DNA of 43,849 nucleotides. Origin: Octopus bimaculoides. Its lineage: Eukaryota. The position numbers and the translations under genes were made by a program. Below the pieces are notes generated by a model. It ran no database searches. It was not told the origin of the DNA and saw only the letters and a program-made list of their open reading frames with translations. The DNA is taken from assembly GCF_001194135.2 (NCBI RefSeq), contig NC_069002.1, positions 30,073,409-30,117,257 on the forward strand, written 5' to 3'. Below, piece after piece: positions 26,155-38,029 of this stretch; the stretch's first letter is position 1, and each line of letters starts with the position of its first letter.

Positions 26155-26407
26155 ATACTTAGAAAACAAGCAAATATCTCTTCTAAAAAGACGCGGTGTA
26201 TTAATCTACCAATTTACTTTTCCGCCAATGAGCGAGTATTCATACGCGTTCGCTCGCCTTCCAAGAAATAGTCCGCAATTCTGTCCAACAAAATACGTAC
26301 TGAAACATTTTGTCCGATGCTCTACCGACTTTGCCAATCCAAACAGCTCTTATATGAAGTACAATGACATTGTATACAATTCAATTGCGACGTATAATTC
26401 GAGTATA
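26155..26407. repeat. 253-bp local duplication, copy 2
   Basis: Matches 24447-24699. Confidence 0.95.
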
Positions 26408-26787
26408 TCGCGCAAGTGTATTCAACATTTATCGTCTGTATCGATGTTCAGCCAGCTTGCTGGCATTAAATTGAAAATAAGGGATTTTTATTCAACACGG
26501 CGGCTAATTGCAACAACAGTGATTTTCCAATCAATATTCTATTGTAACAGTAGCAACGGATTTCATCATGGCATGCGGTTGTCAGTAAGTATATGCAACT
26601 GACGAAGTTCAACAAGGCTGAGATGGTCATTTAGCATTATCACCGCCGCTTATTTGACGATTTCGTCTGTTGGTGATATAGTTTTATGTTTTTAAACATA
26701 GTACATCCATAAAAGATATCTCCAGACGAACGAATACCACAATTAATTTGCTTTTCGCGATGTATTTGCATTAAGTATGATACACAA

Positions 26788-26884
<97 letters not shown>

Positions 26885-28102
26885 GTTTAGTGTTCTGTTA
26901 TGTGTAGGAGCAACAAAAAAGAAAGAACTCTAACCAGTGAAAGATTGATATTCAATATACTCAATTTAAAGGAGACTACATATAGTTATGCTGTTAGAGT
27001 GACAATAATTTGTGCCTACAGTCAGACCTAATTGAAAACCAGGACGCTGTTCTACGGGAAAACTGACTGGTAAAGTATCTGCTATGAGAATATAATGCAT
27101 TTTTTAAAAATTGTATACATGTGTGCGAGTGCGTGTGTATACATTTGTGGCTTGTGTGTATGATTATATGTTTATATGTGCGTGGGCGGGGTGTTTATTA
27201 ATATCTTTATAGATATATAATGCTGCGTGGTCAAACGAATGGCAGAGCCATGCAACACATTTATAGAATGATAAAACAGCTTGAGTCGACCCCATGCAAG
27301 TTTCGTGGGCTTGTTGCAGGAAATTAGCTCGTCGGGTGTAAGCGGCCGCATCAAACGGTTTCAAACTATATATTTATATATATAAAATATATGTATGTAT
27401 ATATATGTGTGTGTCTGTATATATATATATNNNNNNNNNNNNNNNNNNNNNNNNNNNNNNNNNNNNNNNNNNNNNNNNNNNNNNNNNNNNNNNNNNNNNN
27501 NNNNNNNNNNNNNNNNNNNNNNNNNNNNNNNNNNNNNNNNNNNNNNNNNNNNNNNNNNNNNNNNNNNNNNNNNNNNNNNNNNNNNNNNNNNNNNNNNNNN
27601 NNNNNNNNNNNNNNNNNNNNNNNNNNNNNNNNNNNNNNNNNNNNNNNNNNNNNNNNNNNNNNNNNNNNNNNNNNNNNNNNNNNNNNNNNNNNNNNNNNNN
27701 NNNNNNNNNNNNNNNNNNNNNNNNNNNNNNNNNNNNNNNNNNNNNNNNNNNNNNNNNNNNNNNNNNNNNNNNNNNNNNNNNNNNNNNNNNNNNNNNNNNN
27801 NNNNNNNNNNNNNNNNNNNNNNNNNNNNNNNNNNNNNNNNNNNNNNNNNNNNNNNNNNNNNNNNNNNNNNNNNNNNNNNNNNNNNNNNNNNNNNNNNNNN
27901 NNNNNNNNNNNNNNNNNNNNNNNNNNNNNNNNNNNNNNNNNNNNNNNNNNNNNNNNNNNNNNNNNNNNNNNNNNNNNNNNNNNNNNNNNNNNNNNNNNNN
28001 NNNNNNNNNNNNNNNNNNNNNNNNNNNNNNNNNNNNNNNNNNNNNNNNNNNNNNNNNNNNNNNNNNNNNNNNNNNNNNNNNNNNNNNNNNNNNNNNNNNN
28101 NN

Positions 28103-28144
<42 letters not shown>

Positions 28145-28449
28145 GTCTGATGAAGACAAGCAAGCCGAAACCTTGAAGCCACAATCAACGTCTTCCTTGT
28201 AAAATGAAGAAATGTGTACTCATGTACTCTACTTAAAACTTTGATGTTAAATTGCTTCCATATATATCTTCACATAATGACAACCATTGTGTGTGTGCGC
28301 GCGCGAACTATAAATTGATGAGTCCCTTTAGTTCAGAGAAGAAACGCTGTACCTAGAGTGTACCTACAGTTTTGTGTCAGCTTAGTGCAGCCCATCCCAC
28401 TCAAAATCATAACCAAAAGTCAAATGTATACATATATACATATATACAC

Positions 28450-28543
<94 letters not shown>

Positions 28544-28553
28544 NNNNNNNNNN

Positions 28554-28651
<98 letters not shown>

Positions 28652-28806
28652 ATCTATATATATATATATATGCTTATATCTGTATATGTATTTATATATA
28701 TATATATATGTATACATACAGATGTGTTTAGATTGTATGTATGCATATATGAACATATATGTGTGAGTGTGTATGTTTGTGTGCACGCGTATATATATAC
28801 ACACAT

Positions 28807-28841
<35 letters not shown>

Positions 28842-30041
28842 CATATGTATGCATGTATGTATGCATGTATGGATCTATGTGTGTATACATGTGTGTATGT
28901 CTATAATATGCATACATAGACGAGAGAGGAGAGGGATAAAGCAAAAGAGAGTGGAGTGGGGGGTGAAGAATAATTAGCTTGTACCACGTGTTCCTGCCTC
29001 TGACAAAGACGGAACCAAATATATTTCAAGAGGTAATATTTACTGTGTTTTTTGGAACATTCCATATCTCTCCGACACCATAAATGGTCATTTTTTTTTT
29101 TTGTTTCCTCTAATAATCAGAAGGTAAGGTAGTACCTATATCCTTTTAGAGGGTCTCCGAGACTGGCACTCTGAGTGGGGCTGGTGGTGTGGGTGGGGGT
29201 GAGGGTAGTCTTGGCCTTAATTCTTGCGACAGAATGGATTCTGCAGAATTGTACACGTGGTGCCAGTTGGCGGTGATGGATTTCGTCAAGCACCCAAGTG
29301 AGACAGGTTGGGATTCGAACTCACGTCAAGAACTGGAATAGATATCGCCAGGTGTCCGGCCGGATGGTCTTACATTTCCACTCAGTCCAATGCCCTAGAC
29401 TGGTACTTTTATAATCGATCCCCGAAGCAGTGAAAAGCTAAATTGACCTCGGCGTGACTGGAACTCAGGGCCGAATGTCCTAACCACTAAACCACTTAAC
29501 TCTTGCCCAAGGTTCCACGCAGTGGGGCTGGACCCGAGACCACATGATTTGGAAGAAAGTTTCTAAACCACACTACACGTGAAACTTTCCGGAGGCAAAA
29601 TTTTTTTTAAGGCAAGTTTAAAAACAAAAAACTAAAAAATTCCTTGTATCTGTGGTGAGGGTCGGAGGGTGTGTTTGACCACCAAGCATGTATGAAGTCA
29701 AGAGTTCGTCTCCTCTGGACAGCATTGCAATACGAATGCAACGAAAGCAGTTGCGTATCAATAAATAACACAGTCCACCTAGCAGTAAATAAGCTTCACG
29801 AATGTTGGACCTCACCAATGTAGGTAGCAGCAGGACTGTAAATTTTCTAAGTGTTCCATTAACCTTTCAGCGGTGCGTTGTGGTTTGGTTATAGTTTGAT
29901 GCAAGGACGAGCTGCACCAAACTGACACCGAGCTACAGGTGTATTCTAGGTACATTGTAAGTACGCTAGTAGTTATGTGTGAGCCAATGACCGTTGAGGG
30001 ACTCATCAGTTTAAGGTTCAAAGTAATCGCACTTTGATCTT

Positions 30042-30043
<2 letters not shown>

Positions 30044-30116
<73 letters not shown>

Positions 30117-30293
30117 TCCGAGTTTGTATGATTGTGTATAGAAGAATATATCAATCTATGAGATTCCAACCTAGTCTGATTTTCACGTTTTATTATTTAC
30201 AATTTTTACAATTTTACAATATTGAAATAAACTAGTACTTTCGTGCGTTACGCAATCATCAGGTTTATGCAGTAATAGTCGTGTTCCATAATT

Positions 30294-30347
<54 letters not shown>
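30044..30347. repeat. Two (GATA)n tracts
   Basis: About 30044-30116 and 30294-30347. Confidence 0.95.
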
Positions 30348-30744
30348 CACACATAAGTATCTTTGTATATATATGTATGTATGTATTATGTACATCATTC
30401 ATGTAGAGGGGGCGAGGGAGTATAGTGTTAACGCCCTGGGAAGCAACATTAGCTATAACACCGTTGACAATAACAACAACATCAACAACCCTAACTCTGA
30501 TATTGCCTCTGCTACTAAACATAATACAACCGCTAAGAATACCATCACAACAACAACAACAGCAACAACAGTTAGCGATCTTACGAAAGGAAAATCTCAT
30601 ATCCTGTAATTTATTTATTTATTTATTTGTTTATAAATGTGTTTATTTAGCATGGAAAAATGGGCGTTAAATGATGATCTATTTCGTAGTTGTAACGTTA
30701 AAGTGCCGTGCTGCTATGCAACGTTATTAGATTCCGCTTAAGGG

Positions 30745-30990
30745 GTTGGTGATGAGCTAGCAGAACCGTTAGCACGAGGGTCAAGCGTTTAGTGTTATTG
30801 CTTTTCTGTTTGTTTGGTTTTTTGTTTTTTGCATTCTGAGTTCAAATCGCATCAACGTTTTACTTTTTTTTATTCATTCTTTCTGCTTTTTTTTTTTTTT
30901 TTTTTTTACTTTGAGCCTTTCAGGCTCGATGAAATAAAAAGTACTTAGTCAAGTACTAGATTCGGTAGAATCGACGTAACCCCTTCCCTC
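30745..30990 (+). mobile_element. SINE family A, degenerate, with poly-T expansions
   Basis: gagctagcagaaccgttagcac head; ctgagttcaaatc; gatgaaataaaaagtac. Confidence 0.65.
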
Positions 30991-31008
30991 AAAACTGCCT
31001 AATTATTT

Positions 31009-31206
31009 GGCGAGCTGGCAGAATCGTTAGAGGCTTCGGCAGGGAGTGGTGGCGACCCCCTGTTGTACTCTTTCGTCCCAACTTTCTCTCACTGTTTCTT
31101 GAGTAACGCTGCGATTGACTGGCTGGGGAGAACACATACGCCATAGAAACAGGAAAACCGGGCCCATGATCCTGGCAAGGCTTTAAAAGGGGCGTATAAA
31201 AAAAAA
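31009..31206 (+). mobile_element. Chimeric SINE fragment (family A head, family B-type centre, different tail)
   Basis: 31009-31030 is the family A head; 31031-31075 matches 1513-1556; ends in an A-run. Confidence 0.7.
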
Positions 31207-31343
31207 TTATGTACCAGGCATATACAGAGTGCTCCAGAATTAACAATCTATTTCAATAAAATCAGGCAAAAACTGACAGAATTTTATGCTTATTGCTGAA
31301 TTATGATATCATACACACACACACACACACACACACTTTTTCT

Positions 31344-31579
31344 TATTTCTTTACTGCCCACAAGGGGTTACATACAGAGGGGACAAACAAGGACAGACAA
31401 ACGGATTAAGTCGATTAGATCGACTCCAGTGCGTAACTGGTACTTATTTAATCGACCCCGAAAGGATGAAAGGCAAAGTCGACCTCGGCGGAATTTGAAC
31501 TCGGAACGTAGCGGCAGACGAAATACCGCTAAGCATTTCGCCCGGCGTGCTAACGTTTCTACCAGCTCGCCCACCTTAT
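31344..31579 (-). mobile_element. SINE family A, tail type 2, full length with 13-bp TSD
   Basis: acacactttttct (31331-31343) and acatactttttct (31580-31592), one mismatch. Confidence 0.9.
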
Positions 31580-31775
31580 ACATACTTTTTCTATCTATAT
31601 GTATATATTTCTGCGCAAGCGTGTTTGCCTCGACTGCCAAAAAGTACTGTTGCCAATTCAGCCATGCCAAATCATCGGCGCCCAATCGTCCAATCCAGAA
31701 AAAAGAAAGGTGCAACGAACCAGAGAGAAGCGGAGAGAGAGTAAGGAAGAAGCAGTAAGAGAACAGGAGACTTAC

Positions 31776-31882
31776 CCGATCTGATAACAAGATCTGTGTC
31801 GAGACTTCACCCCAATTCCACATGATCGGCTGCAAGCTGTGAACTGAGTCCAAGAACTCCATCGATAATCCAGTTGGTATAT
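31776..31882 (-). CDS. Coding exon: N-terminal half of a thrombospondin type-1 repeat (host gene of ADAMTSL/papilin/THSD type or another TSP1 protein)
   Basis: Acceptor ttttctttcag|, donor GG|gtaagt; 107 nt, phase 0 to phase 2. Translation IYQLDYRWSSWTQFTACSRSCGIGVKSRHRSCYQI(G) carries the TSP1 WxxW, CSxSCGxG and RxRxC signature. Confidence 0.9.
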
Positions 31883-31919
31883 CTGAAAGAAAAGCATTCC
31901 AAATTTAAGACAACTTCAA

Positions 31920-32050
31920 CAACTAAAGGCACAAGGCCTGACATTTGAGGGAAGGGAGCTCGTCAGTTACATCGACCCCAGTGTTTCACTGGTACTTAAT
32001 TTATCGGCTCCGAAAGGATGAAGGGCAAAATCGACCTTGGCGGAATTTGA
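31920..32050 (-). mobile_element. SINE family A 3' portion
   Basis: rc tail and core, no head. Confidence 0.8.
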
Positions 32051-32128
32051 AAGAGACATGGTGTAAAAGAGCCTAAAATATACTGCATCTGAAAAACTAT
32101 AAGATCGCGATATGTTCACCAGTCTGAC

Positions 32129-32184
32129 CTGTGGTTAAACATCAAGAAAACTAGCAGTAACAGCAAACCAAGCAGCTTAGCCAT
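32129..32184 (-). CDS. Candidate signal-peptide exon
   Basis: ATG at 32184 gives MAKLLGLLLLLVFLMFNH, then AG|gtcaga. It ends in phase 2, which does not join the phase-0 TSP1 exon directly. Confidence 0.35.
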
Positions 32185-32638
32185 CACTGGCAAGCGAGTA
32201 GGATTTGATAGTGGGTGTCATGCTTTCGCTACTTGTTTCAGAGGAAGGAAAATTTTCCCTTTTTGGCTTTACAGAAAATTACTTAGCACACTGTCGACCA
32301 AGTGATATATATGTATGTGTGTGTGTATATATATGGGTGTATATATATATATATATGCATATATATGTATGTATGCGCATGTATATATATGTGTGCGTGT
32401 GTGTGTATGTGTGTCTTTCTATGTATGTATGTATGTATGTATNNNNNNNNNNNNNNNNNNNNNNNNNNNNNNNNNNNNNNNNNNNNNNNNNNNNNNNNNN
32501 NNNNNNNNNNNNNNNNNNNNNNNNNNNNNNNNNNNNNNNNNNNNNNNNNNNNNNNNNNNNNNNNNNNNNNNNNNNNNNNNNNNNNNNNNNNNNNNNNNNN
32601 NNNNNNNNNNNNNNNNNNNNNNNNNNNNNNNNNNNNNN

Positions 32639-32677
<39 letters not shown>

Positions 32678-35307
32678 ATATGTATAAGTATATACATAAA
32701 TTTATTTATTTAAATATATATGTGTGTTTTTTTAAATCTATGTATATGTATATACGTATATATATATGTATAAGTATATACATTTATTATATATAAGTAA
32801 ACATATTTATATATGTATAAGTACATATTTATTTCTACATATATATATGTATGAATACTTAAATGTATGTATATATATATATATATGCATATATATGTAT
32901 GTATGCGCATGTATATATATGTGTGCGTGTGTGTGTATGTGTGTCTTTCTATGTATGTATGTATGTATGTATGTATATACGTGCACTATATATGTATATG
33001 TTTGCGTATATAGGAAAAAATTATATTTATTACGTTCTTCTGCCAAGCAGTTTTTCCATTTTTCTTTTCTTTTCTTGTCTTACCCACCGTCAGCATCACC
33101 ACCAACACCACCACCCCTGATGGTTTTCACCCTCAAGTGCTAACATACGGGGTTTAACAACCGAAAAACTGCAAATTTGACCTAGTTGCGTTCCATTCAA
33201 CTTAGGTGTGGTTCAAATTCCACATGTTCCGTTTTTTGTATGTGTCTTGTTCTCTGTTTTGTTTTTAATCCCGTTTTCATATCGTCTGAGTGTTTTAAAA
33301 CCAATCTAAGAAACAAAACAAAAAAAGAGGTTTCTTAAATACTATTAACTGATATACTCTATGGCGTGTGACGTAATTATCTTAGCACGCTAATTGCCAA
33401 ATGTCCACATCACCAGAAAGAAAACTTACTTTAGGTATTCGCTGTTTATTATATAAACAGTCTGGCTGTGAGTGAGAGACGAAGCGTGTGTGCTTGCAAC
33501 CACAACGAAGAGCTAAGCTGAATGAAACGCAAGCAAAGCAACCATTTTGAAATTACTATCTTTTGCCGGATTTTGTTTGTTTCTTCGATTCTTTTTTTTT
33601 TTTTGCATATCTTTATTTTTGTTTTTCTTGGTTGTGGGTTGTNNNNNNNNNNNNNNNNNNNNNNNNNNNNNNNNNNNNNNNNNNNNNNNNNNNNNNNNNN
33701 NNNNNNNNNNNNNNNNNNNNNNNNNNNNNNNNNNNNNNNNNNNNNNNNNNNNNNNNNNNNNNNNNNNNNNNNNNNNNNNNNNNNNNNNNNNNNNNNNNNN
33801 NNNNNNNNNNNNNNNNNNNNNNNNNNNNNNNNNNNNNNNNNNNNNNNNNNNNNNNNNNNNNNNNNNNNNNNNNNNNNNNNNNNNNNNNNNNNNNNNNNNN
33901 NNNNNNNNNNNNNNNNNNNNNNNNNNNNNNNNNNNNNNNNNNNNNNNNNNNNNNNNNNNNNNNNNNNNNNNNNNNNNNNNNNNNNNNNNNNNNNNNNNNN
34001 NNNNNNNNNNNNNNNNNNNNNNNNNNNNNNNNNNNNNNNNNNNNNNNNNNNNNNNNNNNNNNNNNNNNNNNNNNNNNNNNNNNNNNNNNNNNNNNNNNNN
34101 NNNNNNNNNNNNNNNNNNNNNNNNNNNNNNNNNNNNNNNNNNNNNNNNNNNNNNNNNNNNNNNNNNNNNNNNNNNNNNNNNNNNNNNNNNNNNNNNNNNN
34201 NNNNNNNNNNNNNNNNNNNNNNNNNNNNNNNNNNNNNNNNNNNNNNNNNNNNNNNNNNNNNNNNNNNNNNNNNNNNNNNNNNNNNNNNNNNNNNNNNNNN
34301 NNNNNNNNNNNNNNNNNNNNNNNNNNNNNNNNNNNNNNNNNNNNNNNNNNNNNNNNNNNNNNNNNNNNNNNNNNNNNNNNNNNNNNNNNNNNNNNNNNNN
34401 NNNNNNNNNNNNNNNNNNNNNNNNNNNNNNNNNNNNNNNNNNNNNNNNNNNNNNNNNNNNNNNNNNNNNNNNNNNNNNNNNNNNNNNNNNNNNNNNNNNN
34501 NNNNNNNNNNNNNNNNNNNNNNNNNNNNNNNNNNNNNNNNNNNNNNNNNNNNNNNNNNNNNNNNNNNNNNNNNNNNNNNNNNNNNNNNNNNNNNNNNNNN
34601 NNNNNNACTGCATCTCCCTTTCCCTCCCTCCCTCCCCCCGTCCCCCTCTGTAACCTGTTTGTCTAGACTGGACTCAAAACGAGACAGCCAAGAAATGTGA
34701 AAAAATATGTTTATATATGTCTGCGTGTATATGCATGTGTAGGGGCGTGCGTGTGTGTATCTATGTGTGTAAGTGTGTATTATGGACGGGTGGATAGAAG
34801 CAAGCATGTGTGAATGTAAGCGTCTATGTATGCGTATACGTACGTATGTATGTATGTATGTATGTTTGTATGTATGTCATTAATCTGTTTTATTTCAAGA
34901 TTTCTTGTCAATAAAGAAAGAACCGGTTTCTAACCTACATCGAAGGCTACTTCATTGGAATTTCAACAACAACAACAACAGGGTACTTTTGCATGTATGT
35001 GCAGTATTTGGATTCAGTGCATGTGCAGATGTATATGTTTCGTTTTATGCATGCATTCTCATACATTTACACTGGCCAAAATAAGTCTAAGACCGATGAT
35101 AACTGTTCTATTCCTTCATTAACCCATTACCTACTGTTCTCCAGTGCATACAGGCGCATCATTATGACGAAGAGGCATTGATAAGATTTCCATGTTGACT
35201 CTTAGATCAGAAAATCCTCAACGTATTCCAGCCGCAAAGTTTCTGATTATGTTAGGTGGAGGGCAACAGTTGTTTCAGGAATGTGTTTGATATATCTAAT
35301 ATTTGTG

Positions 35308-35595
35308 CACCTGCACCAACGCAATGCACCAGTTCACACTTCCATACAGGTAACCAACTACTTGACAGAGAGGGGCAACAAAACTGTCCCTCGCCTTCCC
35401 CTTGCAGTCCAATCCTTGCCCTCTGCCGCTTCCAGTTGTTCCCCACGCTGAAGGACAAAATGAAGGAGATTGCGACAAGGGTCATGACACCTTCATTTTG
35501 GAGGACATCCATGGGGACTACATGAACGCTACAACAGCATTTAAATCAGAAAATCCTACTTTGAAGGATCTTCCGACTTAAATGCTGTTGTAGCG

Positions 35596-35643
<48 letters not shown>

Positions 35644-35759
35644 CATATATGTGTGTATATCTTTGAAGAAGATCTTACTTTGAAGTAGTTTTGTACTTCT
35701 TTGCGATTAATAAATGTCTCTCCTGAAACAGTCTCAAAACTTCTGGAATGCACCTTGTA
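35308..35759 (+). mobile_element. Mariner-like transposase C-terminal remnant with 3' TIR
   Basis: HLHQRNAPVHTS...YLTERG (HxDNA-like), CSPILALCRFQLFPTLK (YSPDLAPxDF-like), ERYNS, YFEG. The terminus rc tacaaggtgcattccagaagttttgagact resembles mariner TIRs, with TA at 35758-35759. Confidence 0.75.
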
Positions 35760-36008
35760 TGTAATGTAATATTTATTCGTTTGACTTTCTGTAGATACGA
35801 CGTTAGCTTATGATTAAGTGAAATAAGTTATGAGGTGACTGTCGCTAAGTTTGTGATAATCGTTACTTTTAAATCATATTCCATAAGTATACATATTAAA
35901 TTATTTCTAATATGACGATATCATTTACATTGTGTGAAATTTCTGAATCGAATCCGCACAATCTAGAGTTGCGCAGGGCTTCTACACACTTGAAAAGAAT
36001 CCAATGTA

Positions 36009-36307
36009 CGGTAATCCGTCGCCATATCGCGGTTCACCTATCGCGGTTCACCTATCGCGGTTCACCTATCGCGGTTCACCTATCGCGGTTCACCTATCGC
36101 GGTTCACCTATCGCGGTTTATTATTTAAGCTTACGCCAATTCCTCCGTGGTGTTGTTTTTGCATTTATAATAAAATAAACATATATAAATTATGAAAATA
36201 ATAATAAAAAATATACAGTACAATACTGTTTCTACTTCGCGGATTTTCGCCTATCGCGGTGGGTGGGGGTTGGAATAATGACACCCGCGACAGTTGAGGG
36301 ATTACTG
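36009..36307. mobile_element. Tigger/pogo-like MITE containing a 14-bp minisatellite
   Basis: TA at 36007-36008 and 36308-36309; termini cggtaatccgtc and cagtaatccctc (rc); (atcgcggttcacct)x6 plus a partial unit at 36026-36118. Confidence 0.8.
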
Positions 36308-36454
36308 TATACTGATTTCAATTCCCAACCATCGAATCCGATAAATATGGCTGTACAATAGCGTCTTGATGACTGCAGGCCTGAACTGGGTAGTTTCCTT
36401 TACACCATAGCAGTCCAGCTTGCAGTATTTTTTGTCTTCAAGGGTTTCAAGGAT

Positions 36455-36597
36455 CGAATCAACACCCATTACATGTTTCAAAGTCTAGTATTTATTCTAT
36501 TGGTCTGTTTTTCTGACCTGCTCCAGTTACGGGGCCGTAAACAAATTAACACCGGTTGTAAAACGGTGAAAGGTAAACTCAAGCACATAGACGCGTG

Positions 36598-36630
<33 letters not shown>

Positions 36631-36815
36631 ACACACACACACAAACACACACGTGCATATAGATATGGATATATAGATATACGGATTTCCGTTTACCAAA
36701 TTTACTCAGACATTAGTCGAACTTGAGAAGACATCAACCCAAAATCCCATACAAAAGAATTGAACCCCAAGTCACGTAGTAACGAAGGGAACTTCTAAAT
36801 CACATAGCCATACCT
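36455..36815 (-). mobile_element. Degenerate SINE, family D, with internal (AC)n
   Basis: Pieces ttacggggccgtaaac and tttccgtttaccaaat...gaacccc...cacatagccatacctgc; related fragment at about 29490-29575. Family recognised from memory. Confidence 0.5.
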
Positions 36816-36879
36816 GCACGATGTGTGTGTATGTGTGTGTGCGTGCGTGCACACACATATTATATAGTCTACGTAATAT

Positions 36880-37192
36880 ATTGTTGTTGTTGGCACTCCG
36901 TCGCTTACGACAACGAGGGTTCCAGTTGATCCGATCAACGGAACAGCCTGCTCGTGAAATTAACGTGCAAGTGGCTGAGCACTCCACAGACACGTGTACC
37001 CATAACGTAGTTCTCGGGGATATTCAGCGTGACACAGTGGGACAAGGCTGACCCTTTGAATTACAGGCACAACAGAAACAGGAAGTAAGAGTGAGAGAAA
37101 GTTGTGGTGGAAGAGTACAGCAGGGTTCGCCACCATCCCCTGCCGGAGCCTCGTGGAGCTTTCAGGTGTTTTCGCTCAATAAACACTCACAA
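36880..37192 (-). mobile_element. SINE family B (head lost in the gap)
   Basis: Highly similar reverse complement of about 1470-1785. Confidence 0.9.
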
Positions 37193-38029
37193 NNNNNNNN
37201 NNNNNNNNNNNNNNNNNNNNNNNNNNNNNNNNNNNNNNNNNNNNNNNNNNNNNNNNNNNNNNNNNNNNNNNNNNNNNNNNNNNNNNNNNNNNNNNNNNNN
37301 NNNNNNNNNNNNNNNNNNNNNNNNNNNNNNNNNNNNNNNNNNNNNNNNNNNNNNNNNNNNNNNNNNNNNNNNNNNNNNNNNNNNNNNNNNNNNNNNNNNN
37401 NNNNNNNNNNNNNNNNNNNNNNNNNNNNNNNNNNNNNNNNNNNNNNNNNNNNNNNNNNNNNNNNNNNNNNNNNNNNNNNNNNNNNNNNNNNNNNNNNNNN
37501 NNNNNNNNNNNNNNNNNNNNNNNNNNNNNNNNNNNNNNNNNNNNNNNNNNNNNNNNNNNNNNNNNNNNNNNNNNNNNNNNNNNNNNNNNNNNNNNNNNNN
37601 NNNNNNNNNNNNNNNNNNNNNNNNNNNNNNNNNNNNNNNNNNNNNNNNNNNNNNNNNNNNNNNNNNNNNNNNNNNNNNNNNNNNNNNNNNNNNNNNNNNN
37701 NNNNNNNNNNNNNNNNNNNNNNNNNNNNNNNNNNNNNNNNNNNNNNNNNNNNNNNNNNNNNNNNNNNNNNNNNNNNNNNNNNNNNNNNNNNNNNNNNNNN
37801 NNNNNNNNNNNNNNNNNNNNNNNNNNNNNNNNNNNNNNNNNNNNNNNNNNNNNNNNNNNNNNNNNNNNNNNNNNNNNNNNNNNNNNNNNNNNNNNNNNNN
37901 NNNNNNNNNNNNNNNNNNNNNNNNNNNNNNNNNNNNNNNNNNNNNNNNNNNNNNNNNNNNNNNNNNNNNNNNNNNNNNNNNNNNNNNNNNNNNNNATATA
38001 TATGTATGTATGTATGCATATATATATGA

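Noticed and set aside
26568-26588. MACGCQ* resembling a TGF-beta or cystine-knot C-terminus
   Set aside because: An in-frame TGA lies 16 codons upstream, and the other required cysteines are absent in every frame.
27164-27364. Minus-strand ORF with ETCMGSTQ…YKC as the missing second half of TSP1
   Set aside because: No phase-2 acceptor or suitable donor; the similarity is superficial.
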